From Glycera tridactyla (taxonomy: Eukaryota): a DNA stretch of 64,000 bases. The number at the start of each line of letters is the position of its first letter. Positions within the stretch are counted from its first letter, which is position 1. Below the pieces are notes generated by a model. The model had not been told where the DNA came from. It saw only the letters and a list, made by a program, of their open reading frames with translations, and did not search any database. The position numbers and the translations under genes are program-made. This document shows, piece after piece, positions 13,101-23,351 of the stretch. The DNA lies in contig OZ286461.1 in the NCBI GenBank assembly GCA_965644265.1, positions 76,012,001-76,076,000 on the forward strand, given 5' to 3'.

Positions 13101-16100
13101 TCCGGCTTCTGCATCCGCAAGCTCCTTTGAGGTCATATGTAAGTCATGTGAAGGTCATGTTTAAGTCCCTTTGCTGAGCAATTAGAGCACCTAGCCCCAT
13201 GACATTTGGCCTGTATATGCTTCAATACATTCACTGATTTATCCAGTCATCATCACCGTTGTGTTCTGCTCGATCAATTTTGAGTTGAGATTTTTGTTGA
13301 TGGTGAAACTTTGCCTTCAGGGGCTATATCTGATGATCCTGTTGTTGGAGTTTGTAGCTCAGCAAATATGGCCCCTATCACCATCAGATTTCATGCACAC
13401 ATGGTGGAAGGGTGTTCACCTATTGATTTAGCAGTATCCCAGTTTTATTCCATGATTTTGGGGAGAAAATGCATATTTTTGATAAGATGTTTTTGTTTAA
13501 AGTCAGGTAACTAAGCAACCTCCACCCCCCAGCACCACCAGATATCATACACTCACGCTTCAGTGTATTAGCGAGAGCGTTCACCCATCAGTGCAGCAAT
13601 ATCTCAGTTTTTGGTTGGGATTTTTGAGTGAAATTGCTTCTTTCTGAGAAAATGAACTTTCCGCCAGAGTTTTGGTTGAAGTCAGGATACTCTACAACCA
13701 TGACCCCTACCTCTGCCAGATGATAAATAGACATGTTCCAATGAATTCTGAAGGGTGCCCTCCCTTCCAGGGCTCTACATGGACTATTTTCAGCTGTCCT
13801 CAGGGCAGTTGCAGTAGGATATTTACCTGCTCTCCCTGCCATTTTTACCTGCCCTACTACATTGTCATAGACTGAATAATGCTTAGGTACCTGTCTATAG
13901 GACAGGCAGACCAATAAAACCACCTGCTCTAACAATAAATCTGCCAGCCTGTGCCATTACGGCAACCATTAGCGTAGAGCTCTGCAGCATCGTAGTTTTG
14001 CAAAAATGATTTTTTGGTAGAAATGGAACTAGAGGTCTCTGACAAGATACCAGCTTTTTTATTTGATATGTCTGATGAGAGACCACCTCCTTTGAGGGAC
14101 CACTTCTCGGTGGTATTTTGGCAGTCTTTCATTGCAGGTTTCACTGCATCAATATGATCTTGGATTAGGGATTTTGTACTTGACAAGATCGCCACAGAGA
14201 TTTCATTTGGGCCCATGAATTCTGTGTTGGTCCTACTCCAAAGATATTTGTGGTACCCATCACATACATTTCTCTTGCCATGATGTGTTCATGATTACAG
14301 GACATCGAGTACAATCCCTGCACATGTGGCCAGTGCTGATCTTGTAGCAGCATTATCACCAGCTAGGTTAGTGCACTCATTTGCATTTATTTTGGTCAGG
14401 TGGCAATGGACAGTTGCTGACTGTATTACAAACCCTGCGCATAGATGGTCAACTCCCCATATTTCCCATTGAACAGCTTCATAGACAGATCCATGTGGGA
14501 CTGCACTAAATGCCCTATTCAATGTGTACAGGACAGATGTGCTTTCTTTGCACCCTGGAACTGTCAGCTACTTTACCTTGACGACCTTTGTTGTTCCCAA
14601 TCATCTTGTGTCCAGATTTTGTTGGAGTGATGCCTGTAGTTTACGTAGCATTCAGTTTTCTTAGACGAGGAGTATGAGGCATGCATAATCATTTGTGTTG
14701 ATACATGGTCTCATATTTATATTTTCATCGATTTCAGCAGCAGTAATTTCGATGGCAGCTCTATGGCCTCCTCGCCCATGTCTCAGAATACACTTTCTCC
14801 ACCTCATGGATCCCGTTTGTAAGTACTTTCTTCTTTAATTGTCCAATGCCATGGACGTGGCAAGGGACTATTGAAATGCCCTCCATCCATTCGTCTGTCC
14901 ATCCGCCCGTCCTCCACACATTGGTTTCCGACCATTATCTCTTGAACCGCTGATTGCAGAGCTTCCATATCGGAACTGGGAACTCATCCAAGGGACCTTC
15001 AGACCTGATTAGTATTCCACTGGACTTCAGTGATTTTCTGTCAAATGCTGGCCTCTGATTTGTTGATGGGTTTCCAAATGCTATCTCTTGAATCGCTGAT
15101 AGAAAAAAATTGTTAACCATATTCATCAGTTTCTATCTTTGTCACAAGGAAGCATAAACTAATAATCGCCAAAAGTAGGCCGAATAGACAGTTGCATCTG
15201 TATAACTACACTATTTTACTTTGACAAGTCATATGATTGAATTCCCCGGCGTCCAGTTATATGGTATTGATGCATGAATCTCAAAAATCCATCAAATATT
15301 CTCCAGAAACAGTCGAATTATTGAGCGGTATGTTCATCCATGTGTCCTGCCATGTTAGACCTGGCTTGCTTGCTGACAAGGCAAGAGCAAAAAATTCGGA
15401 CATCTTGGGCTATCAAAGCCAGGCGGCAACTTCTCTCTCCCTAGGGGGGAGGGGGGGGGGATTCCTAATGAGGGTCAGGGCGCTTGTGACCCTAAGTTAA
15501 GGGCCAAGATCACATGTGTTTTTCAGATTTTCACATTTTGCACAATAACTCAAGCCAGCATTGCTCAGCCAACCAAACAACTCAATGAATTTTCCCTGTA
15601 TGGGTGACTCACTGGGCTCCCATCACAGACTCCTGCATATTCAATCTGTGAAAAAGAATTTCAACGTATTTCGTTATGCCCCACAGTTTGTAACACCGGA
15701 GGGGCATTGTGTTTTCGAATTGACCCCAGTGTGGGTGGATTTGTGGGTGGCTGGAGGAAGGTTTCTAGACAATAAGTCAGAAAGTTTCAGGGCTAACCTT
15801 CTCAAACTTGGTGTACACACTTTCCTAGGCTATGGCAAGACACCTATCGATTCTGGGGAAATCATCTTGAATTTCAAGGTCTTTGACTGCAAAAAGGTCA
15901 AAGTGCTTCCTGGACAATAACTTCAAAAGTTTCAGGGCAAGCCTTCTCGGACTTGGTATACAGACTGCTAGGCTGTGGCAGGACACCTAGTGATTTTGGG
16001 GCGGCCATCTTGAATTTCAAGGTCACTGAATGCAAAAAGGTCAAAAAAATTCCCAGACAATAATTTCAAAAGTTTCAGGGCTAGCCTTCTCGAACTTGGT

Positions 16101-17332
16101 GTACAGACTCTCCTAGATTTTCACGGTTATTTCAGTGTGGAATTGTATCAGTAGTATTCATATATTTCACTTTTTTCATTCACCCTTCCTGTTACAAGCA
16201 TGCACTCAGCAGGGCATTCACACTCACTGAGTGCATCCAGTTATTATATGTGAGGTCATGTATCCTGAATAATTGGTGTCACTGATGCTGTGGGATGTGG
16301 AGGTTTGATGGAGAAAAATCCACTACAGTCGGTTTGCTTTTTTTGTGGCACCTGTGTTTTGCTGCTTTGAAATCTGCATCCTAGTGTGAAGTATCAATGT
16401 CACTACTTACAATGGATATTTTCCCTTATATATCTTTCTCAAATGTCACCCATTCTGTCTGCGAGTGAAATCCTCTGCACAAGATGCAAAAATTACGATG
16501 TCATAATGCGATCCCAAAGTCAGAACAATGCACTTATCTACTATCCGGGCTTAATTCATATGTTTCTCTTCGGGATTTTCAGGTATTTCTGTTGGATTCT
16601 TATTAGGTCTTACAAATGATGTTTCACAAACAAATATCAGCATTGGAGAATGATCGGTGAAAACAGGCGCCGCAAAAAAAGGCAAACCAACTGTAGGTCA
16701 CTGATATGTACATGAGTGACCTGTTTTTATATCCAGGCAATATCTGTGTGCTAATTCATGTAACTGTTTGCAGTGATAGCCGATTCAGTTCTCTTGATGA
16801 GTCACTTGAATGTATCTCAAATGATGGTCAGACACTGACTGCCGAGTCACCAAGTCAAAATGGAGTGGCTTCTGAAATCGTCGTGGGAGAATGGGATCAA
16901 TTCAGAGATGAACTGACCCAAACTGTGGTAGACTTGTTGGCGAATCCTGTTGTGGGACAAGATGTAGGGTAAGTGTGTGCGCACGCATGCGTGCGTGTCA
17001 GTCACAGTGTGGGGGCTGTGGTCGGGAGTGACTGTGGGTGCATGTTCATGGGTGTACATGTGGGCGTACATATAGTAATAGGTCGAAACACATTTCCATG
17101 CAGCTATGCAAAGTAGTCTTCATCAAGTTCACATCAGCGAATTGCTCCACCATCCTGTTGAATAGATAGACATCCATTATGAGATATTCATAATTTTAAG
17201 CCAATCATGATGTGCTGCTTCAGTCCTGATTTTGGAAAGCACATCTCATAGTACACTAATGGCTGATTATATGTTTGTTTTTCTCTTCCATGCAGTTTTG
17301 GAGATAGTTTCTGTGATACTGCCGTTGAATGA
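936..17332 (+). CDS. STAT: Divergent STAT-family transcription factor, 5'-partial, 12 exons: join(936-1109,2882-2974,3531-3825,5374-5466,5824-5938,7566-7603,8586-8683,10056-10222,10628-10801,12747-12825,16774-16968,17296-17332)
   Basis: All introns are GT-AG and phases agree across the 11 junctions with no internal stop. Motifs appear in STAT order: CLVIDNHP (cf. TFIIEKQP), MTDNRYIARFS..NGNQVEVQ (cf. VTEEKFTILF..GGNELVFQV), VETHPLIFVSHNSQ..LW (cf. TLSLPVVVIVHGSQ..LW), APWSSIAHLIN..NLSTGHLDFL (linker), HLPRTNFSLWRW (cf. NLPGWNYTFWQW), DWKQDVIHGFIS..TPLGTFLVRF (SH2), LTHLYPDRP, then DGY. Alignment was by eye against remembered STAT5/STAT3 motifs. Confidence 0.88.
1315..2683. mobile_element. hAT-like TIR element with GTCAGGGAA subterminal repeats and apparent 5-bp TSD ATAAA
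   Basis: ataaa|CAGGGTGTCCAC ... ATGGTCACCCTG|ataaa; gtcaggg(a/g)aa arrays at 1340-1445 and 2616-2658. Confidence 0.7.
2882..2974 (+). CDS. STAT: STAT-like exon (start of DNA-binding domain)
   Basis: ctcttgtag|A TGC..ATC AG|gtgagt; CLVIDNHPALIHKVEEKKKGALSRSLDVGI. Confidence 0.85.
3531..3825 (+). CDS. STAT: STAT-like exon (DNA-binding domain core)
   Basis: atctttcag|T GCT..GTT CAG|gtaaat; lies in ORF 3475-3927; ...GTMILARYDKAHKVQDKLMTDNRYIARFSIIAPINGNQVEVQ. Confidence 0.88.
5374..5466 (+). CDS. STAT: STAT-like exon (end of DNA-binding domain)
   Basis: acttatag|GTC..GAG|gtaggt; VETHPLIFVSHNSQRWHALGLHLWSACIESE; phase 0/0. Confidence 0.85.
5824..5938 (+). CDS. STAT: STAT-like exon (linker domain)
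   Basis: tttgcag|GAA..ACT G|gtaagt; EAPWSSIAHLINLYCNQKTKKNLSTGHLDFLRGRLQIT. Confidence 0.85.
6168..7078. mobile_element. Harbinger/Tourist-like MITE with TTA TSD
   Basis: tta|GGGCTATTCCATTAAAAAATAT ... ATATTTTTAAATGGAATAGCCC|tta; 3-bp TWA TSD is the PIF/Harbinger signature. Confidence 0.8.
7566..7603 (+). CDS. STAT: STAT-like small exon (linker)
   Basis: ttattgcag|AC..AAG|gtaaga; (D)NSTLVKKDDFLK; only this frame is open. Confidence 0.8.
8586..8683 (+). CDS. STAT: STAT-like exon (linker end / SH2 start)
   Basis: cctttcag|AAA..CAA GA|gtaagt; KHLPRTNFSLWRWIWCCFNSLSKNELSQDWKQ. Confidence 0.85.
8999..9863. repeat. Near-perfect tandem duplication (432 + 433 bp) of a probable L1/Tx1-like LINE fragment inside a STAT intron
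   Basis: Units 8999-9430 and 9431-9863 differ at only about 3 positions seen; duplicated ORFs 9053 and 9485; the - strand reads QWIRRLVDDNPH. Confidence 0.85.
10056..10222 (+). CDS. STAT: STAT-like exon (SH2 domain core)
   Basis: tttgcag|T GTT..GGT G|gtaagt; VIHGFISHDEADTLLRNTPLGTFLVRFRETKLDTSQSTEQGCNLCVCISTRDGAG. Confidence 0.9.
10628..10801 (+). CDS. STAT: STAT-like exon (SH2 C-terminal part)
   Basis: ttttaag|GT GCT..CAA G|gtgagt; AVKPRQATLNYQDLQSRPLSQYLKNLQVNDDFGETYCLTHLYPDRPLLQLCEELENQ. Confidence 0.87.
10893..12369. mobile_element. TIR element of the same family with degenerate 6-bp TSD; contains an internal ~190-bp direct repeat (about 11255-11450 and 11810-11990)
   Basis: gtgtta|CATAGATGTCATC ... 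GTTGGCGTCTATG|gcatta. Confidence 0.6.
12747..12825 (+). CDS. STAT: STAT-like exon carrying the putative activating tyrosine (DGY)
   Basis: tttttag|AT GGG TAC..GCA AG|gtaagt; (D)GYKEASGYYYSMSRPPMLNLRKAGA. Confidence 0.82.
14835..16242. mobile_element. Helentron/DINE-like composite non-autonomous element with ~145-bp internal tandem repeats (about 15767-16120)
   Basis: 5' hairpin TGCCA-tggacg-TGGCA followed by a (ccat/ccgt)-like simple repeat; about 2.4 copies of the gacaataa..aaagtttcagggc..gaatttcaaggtc..aaaaaggtcaaa unit; 3' hairpin CACTCA-c-TGAGTG then ccagtt. Confidence 0.55.
16774..16968 (+). CDS. STAT: STAT-like exon (acidic C-terminal tail)
   Basis: tttgcag|T GAT..GTA GG|gtaagt; DSRFSSLDESLECISNDGQTLTAESPSQNGVASEIVVGEWDQFRDELTQTVVDLLANPVVGQDV; phase fits the previous exon. 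Confidence 0.72.
17296..17332 (+). CDS. STAT: Probable last coding exon of the STAT-like gene
   Basis: Strong polypyrimidine acceptor gtttgtttttctcttccatgcag|T TTT GGA..GAA TGA; (G)FGDSFCDTAVE*. Confidence 0.55.
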
Positions 17333-19414
17333 CTAAGGGCCCCCGATGATTCGGATTCTGTACCCATGTTGATTGTTGCTAATTCACAGCCAACATCTGC
17401 TATAACGGACTTCCTTTAGACAGTGAAAGCGTCCACTCACTTATGACAGCTTGAATCAGCGTAATGGCATTGGTCTGAAAGTATGACGCCTATGTCCAAT
17501 CTCATGACAACAACAAGATGCTCATCTAACCGATTCAGTGACTGATATATTTTGTCATTTATGTGATTCATGTCAACTGATACACTGAAAGTGTGAAAGC
17601 ATATCTGTGGTTTAATGGTACTGGAGAAACTGCCTAGGACAAGAAGTGCTGCCAATCCATGATTATTAGGCTATCCCCTAGAAATAGTGGTGATGCTGCC
17701 CAGTTGCAATGCTCCTAAAACCCACAGCACCCTTTTCTCCAAATCTGATACATTTCCTTATTTCAAGTACTGCCCTTTGTTTGAAATGAAAGCATCGCTG
17801 CCAGGCTATAGTGTCAGCTTCCAGTTAGTTACGTTATCCAATAACACAACCCAGCTAATAATATGCAAGAGCAGTAATTTCAGAGTTGCAGAGTTGCTGG
17901 TGAATGAACAAGTCAGTGATACATGTAGTCAGTGGTGATTTGATCTGCTCAAATTGACTTAATCAGTTGACTTGGGTCTCCATTCTTAGAATCAGTTGCC
18001 GTGTACTTTGCATTTCAAGAACAGCGTTCATTGCATTTATTTTTCAACAAGACAGAGCTTGTAATTGGGCCTAATCTCTCTAGAACTAACATGTCCCAAT
18101 CATCATTTTCTTGAATACATTTGTCTGTTTTCACTCTCCAGCATTTTGTGACTTTTTACAGGTCAACTGGCCCTTTCTCTACTAAAACCATGCCAGTCGT
18201 CATCATCCATATCACCAAATCTGTCTTTCAGTATTGACTGATCATCAATTAAAATTTATTAGTTGATCGAAATTGTATCCTATTTAACAAGTTCCAAAAA
18301 CAGCACCAATACCTAGCAATATATGCAGTACTTATCTAGTATATTTTTGCTATAAATGCAGTTATTGTGATTGTATTTACATGTATTCTGAATATTGATG
18401 AATGACCGACCAGTTTGTTTGCTTCAATCTATGATCAGCCATATTCATTTATCAGTTGGCAAGCACCCTTTGCTGGACCGGAACACTTATAAAATATCCT
18501 GTCCAGTGGACAGGTATATTTCAAATCACCTGCTCCTCTCAAATTCACTCAGCCTTCATTATATGTTCATTGCATTTACCATTTTCAACCTGCCCTCCAT
18601 TAAAGTCTACCTGCACCAGGGAGGTGGGTGGCTATCACTTCCCATCCTGCTTTGGGTAAAATTGCTTGGTGATGATCTGTGTAGGAATTATTTCAAATGA
18701 GGAACTTGTTGCCGGTCAATGTGAAGATACCATCTCTATGTAAAGGCCGACCCGAGCAGTCTTTTTAGACTGGTTTCCAGTATCTTGCTACCCATTTGCT
18801 TGTTGCGATACTGACATTATTTATATCTGCCCTGCATGAATGGCGATTGACCCATGAACTGTTCAAGGAGAAATGCTGACTCACCAGTCTTGAAAATTGC
18901 CAGAGAATGCACAAAAAGCATCATAAATTATTTGAAGCTTCTCTCAAAACTTGAGAGTAGGTTATGGCACACTGTGGTGTTGGCCTTGCGGTCGCTAGGG
19001 AGACAAACAATCAAATGTGCTGTATCAATTCGTATTCACCGCTATTCTGTCATTGGAGTTTGAAAGCCTACCAGTGGTTCTACAAAAAGATTAGTACAGT
19101 GAAACCTGTCTTGGAAGACCCACCTTTTGGGAGACCACCCTCCAATGGGAGACCACTCTTTATGGGCTCATATCTATTTGACATAGTCAAATATACCTGT
19201 CTTGAGAGACCACTTTTCAATGGCGTTTGGGCGGTCTCCCAAGACGTGTTTTACTGCATCAGACATCATGATTGATGACTGGTCATATCCAACGATGATG
19301 ATCAGTCGGAATCACTCACGGATCATATCCCATAAATTGTTCATGAGCATGATAGCTGTATTTCTAGAACTTATGCACCTTATGTTAAACCCTTTCATGA
19401 GATATGATCACCAA

Positions 19415-20143
19415 NNNNNNNNNNNNNNNNNNNNNNNNNNNNNNNNNNNNNNNNNNNNNNNNNNNNNNNNNNNNNNNNNNNNNNNNNNNNNNNNNNNNNN
19501 NNNNNNNNNNNNNNNNNNNNNNNNNNNNNNNNNNNNNNNNNNNNNNNNNNNNNNNNNNNNNNNNNNNNNNNNNNNNNNNNNNNNNNNNNNNNNNNNNNNN
19601 NNNNNNNNNNNNNNNNNNNNNNNNNNNNNNNNNNNNNNNNNNNNNNNNNNNNNNNNNNNNNNNNNNNNNNNNNNNNNNNNNNNNNNNNNNNNNNNNNNNN
19701 NNNNNNNNNNNNNNNNNNNNNNNNNNNNNNNNNNNNNNNNNNNNNNNNNNNNNNNNNNNNNNNNNNNNNNNNNNNNNNNNNNNNNNNNNNNNNNNNNNNN
19801 NNNNNNNNNNNNNNNNNNNNNNNNNNNNNNNNNNNNNNNNNNNNNNNNNNNNNNNNNNNNNNNNNNNNNNNNNNNNNNNNNNNNNNNNNNNNNNNNNNNN
19901 NNNNNNNNNNNNNNNNNNNNNNNNNNNNNNNNNNNNNNNNNNNNNNNNNNNNNNNNNNNNNNNNNNNNNNNNNNNNNNNNNNNNNNNNNNNNNNNNNNNN
20001 NNNNNNNNNNNNNNNNNNNNNNNNNNNNNNNNNNNNNNNNNNNNNNNNNNNNNNNNNNNNNNNNNNNNNNNNNNNNNNNNNNNNNNNNNNNNNNNNNNNN
20101 NNNNNNNNNNNNNNNNNNNNNNNNNNNNNNNNNNNNNNNNNNN
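19415..20143. other. Assembly gap (N run)
   Basis: 729 N. Confidence 1.
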
Positions 20144-20418
20144 GATCTGTGAGTCAGTGGATAAGGGTTGGAGGATCATTACATTCTAATGATTATGATG
20201 ATGATCATGGAGATCTTGACAAACCTTTGGATTTGACTTGTCTATGAAGTTGGCAAAGAGAGGAGGTTATTTGGCTTTGATGTGAGATCATCGTAATCTG
20301 TGTGATATGATGGTCAAACCAGGTGAAAAATGGAGGCTGCAACTTGGGGGGGGGGGGGGACTGAGGGACACCATCGTTACATGCACATCAAGCTACCATA
20401 ATTGAATGATCATGTATG

Positions 20419-20420
20419 TA

Positions 20421-20501
<81 letters not shown>

Positions 20502-20567
20502 TTGTCTGTATGTTATCCTGTCTGTCTTGGTTGCCTATTTGTCTGTGTGTCTGACTGTGACTGCAGG

Positions 20568-20633
<66 letters not shown>
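20419..20633. repeat. Compound (TCTG)n + (TC)n microsatellite
   Basis: Direct read; explains the SVCL/SL/RE ORFs at 20406-20721. Confidence 0.95.
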
Positions 20634-20635
<2 letters not shown>

Positions 20636-20686
20636 GCCCAAAAGATAATCAACTAATCAATGTTTCTCACGATACTCATATTACAT

Positions 20687-20867
20687 CAGAGATGCCATCC
20701 ATTATGATTCTGGAGTATTGATTACTTTTATGAGGCAAAATTTCGGCAATGTACGCATGATATAAAAAATTCTCAATTTTCTTATTTGATCATCGCAAAT
20801 ACTACCATCATCACTCTTGGTAACTGGCTTCATTACTAATTTTGATCATCAAAGGTTGGCATTGCTG
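20687..20867. mobile_element. Older copy of the same family, TSD 5/6 match
   Basis: ttacat|CAGAGATGCCATC ... GTTGGCATTGCTG|ttatat. Confidence 0.6.
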
Positions 20868-21581
20868 TTATATTATCTCTATACATCTCATGGATGCAGT
20901 TTGGTTTGGCAAGTCATTATGAGGAATGAGTGATTTTTTCATGATTTCTCTTCCCAGTACAGCTGCTGCATCGTAGTTCAATGATAATGTATAATATACT
21001 CAATGGCCTTGATATCACGTCTCATCTCTGTAAATCTGTTTCTGGTATATTTTAGGAGGCGGCATTTCGGTGTTGTGGAGTCCTCGTGAAGGGATGGACA
21101 CTCATGTAGGCATAACGAGTCAGAATTCTAGGCACCATTTCATCAGAGTAGGAAATTGTTTTTTCATTATTTGAAGCAACTCAAAGTGAATAATTTGATG
21201 CACTTGATTCATCCAACCCAGACACCAAGTACTTAATTTTTGTCAAATTCCATCAGTTTTGAGCATGATTCATTCGCTTTCTGGAGATAATTGAACTTTT
21301 GATGAATTTTCATCTCCGAAAGAAGAAAATGTGCCAAGATAAAAGGGTCAATTATATCTCATCTGTAACGTATGTGAATGCAATCCTTTAAAGTCGGAAA
21401 TATGTAGGAAATGGTATGTGATTTTTTTTTCTTGAGTTTTGGGATCACCAAAGCTGCTACCACTGCTTGTACGGCAAATAGCCATTGTCACTGTTGTTCA
21501 TGTTACCACTCCATTCATGGTTGATCAATATATCATAGGGTTGTGACCCGATAACATGCTAACTATTGACTATGATAACTA

Positions 21582-21757
21582 CAGTTGAACCTGCTATAAA
21601 GGGCACCTGTATTAAGCAACCACCTGCCTTAAGCAGCCACTTTTGAAAATCCCTCCAGAGTATTTCTCACTATAATTAACCTGTATTAGACAACCACCTG
21701 TCTTAAGCAACCACTTTTCACTGTCCCAAGGGTGGTTGCTGAATACAGGTTTGACTG
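21582..21757. mobile_element. TA-flanked MITE (Tc1/mariner-pogo type, CAGT..AACC ends)
   Basis: ta|CAGTTGAACCTG ... CAGGTTTGACTG|ta; internal AACCACC repeats; related copies at 5493-5669 and 62271-62436. Confidence 0.8.
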
Positions 21758-21988
21758 TACATACAAACTTCATGCTCTATCTCCACAAATTCTCGTCCAA
21801 TTTTCATGATCTAAAATCTGAAATAATCATCATAAAACACAATCACATGCCTATATCATGCACTTGTTTTTGGTAGGACCCAAAGCTCCCTGCCGGAAGC
21901 AGCTAGAAAAGATGGGAGGACAGCTGCCTTTGGGATCTCTGGTTCAGTAGTATATAATCATGATCTCGCTGCCGGATGACTACAGATA

Positions 21989-22146
21989 CAGCGGAACCTG
22001 TGATGAGAGACCGCCCTAAATGTCACCAAAAAGCAGTCGCTCAAGAGAGGTGGTCTCATCGGAAGTATATTTGACTTATGTCAAATAGAAAAGCTGCCCC
22101 ACAAAAGCGGTCTTCCGTTGGGGGTTTCTCATCACAGGTTTCACTG
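21989..22146. mobile_element. TA-flanked MITE (GACCACC/GGTCT type)
   Basis: ta|CAGCGGAACCTGTGATGAG ... CATCACAGGTTTCACTG|ta; related copies at 19097-19256, about 49117-49230 and 50048-50226. Confidence 0.8.
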
Positions 22147-23165
22147 TAAAGCAGGTCCGCAGCCACAATTTTGAAGAATCCCTGTGGCGATACTCATATG
22201 AATTTGGATATCACTATATATTGTTTGGTAACTTGCTGCTGTTCATGTTTTTGAAATTCACTCTTGAAATTTGTTTTGTCAGCTTCAAATTCACATTCAT
22301 GCTGTGATTCTCGACATTGTCTGACAGGTTACTCTGTATATTTCCTTGGAGTTTCTGACGCAGTCTTCAGGGAGTTGGATTGGTAATTTGTTGCATCTCA
22401 AATTGGAGATTGTATTTGTTCTGATAGATGTGCATTGTCTATTCTTGGTGCCCTTATATCCATATGGCAAGGTTGAGACTTCTCCCATCTTTTTTCCTTT
22501 GGTGGATTCATTCTTGGTTTTATTCCATTTGAATCTTTGATTTAGGCAATTCAGGACATTGCATTTCTTGAGCTTTCTCTTGTGTTCATTCTCACTCTAG
22601 TGATTCAATTGTTCGAAGTTGGTTTTTTCACTGATGATGTGATGAAGTATGAATAATCCTTGTACTTCTCCACCATTATTTCTTTCTGACGCTATCATCT
22701 TCTTGAACGTCTGAGACATGGCAGTAGTCAGCACAGTGAATATACTCATGATTATGTCATCCGGTATGTGTGTACCCTATTGCCAATATGATGCACCTTA
22801 AAAATATTCATGCCTATTGTTTAATTTCATATTATAATTCACGGATCGATCCCTTTCAGTTTATTTTCTTGGCTTCTTTAATGCATGGCTTTCAAATAAC
22901 ATGATGCATGTGGCAGTCTTATAATGAGAATGGATTTTATGATTAAGTAAAACCTATATCAAGCACACTCAGAAATTTGGGTTTTTGAGAATGGTAGGCT
23001 TCTGAGTGATGCTTGCTGGTCGAAGGTTTCATACTACAGCTAGGATGTATGCTTTAATGAATGAGAATGATATTGCCAAGATATGTTTTACATGTATTTA
23101 TGGTGTCAGTTTGATGAGTGTGTGTGCTTCAGGTGTGTGCTGCTCACCTCTGTGCTGAACATTTT

Positions 23166-23351
23166 CGTAGATACCAACCTCTGATGGACAAAAATAGTAG
23201 CAGTGCCAATTTCAATGAGTATCACCGCCAGTATTTGCAATGAAATAATTAGAAAAATCTTGATTTTTGAGTAGCATCACCCGTGAAATGCAAGAATCTT
23301 GGCCTAAAAAGAGTAGTTGCGACTCCAAAATCATAGCAGTTGGCATCACTG
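23166..23351. mobile_element. Same TIR family, 6-bp TSD CATTTT
   Basis: catttt|CGTAGATACCAAC ... GTTGGCATCACTG|catttt; interior similar to 28182-28369. Confidence 0.8.

Noticed and set aside
19202-20189. Long ORFs of 261-316 aa
   Set aside because: Artefacts of reading through the N gap.
20406-20721. SVCL/SL/RE repeat ORFs, and similar ORFs at 42168-42720, 53277-53528, 58717-59225 and 62660-63066
   Set aside because: Translations of microsatellite or low-complexity DNA.
21056-21089. Alternative last STAT exon (ttttag|G AGG..TGA, RRHFGVVESS*)
   Set aside because: Phase-compatible, but the acceptor at 17295 is nearer and has a much stronger polypyrimidine tract; it needs RNA evidence.
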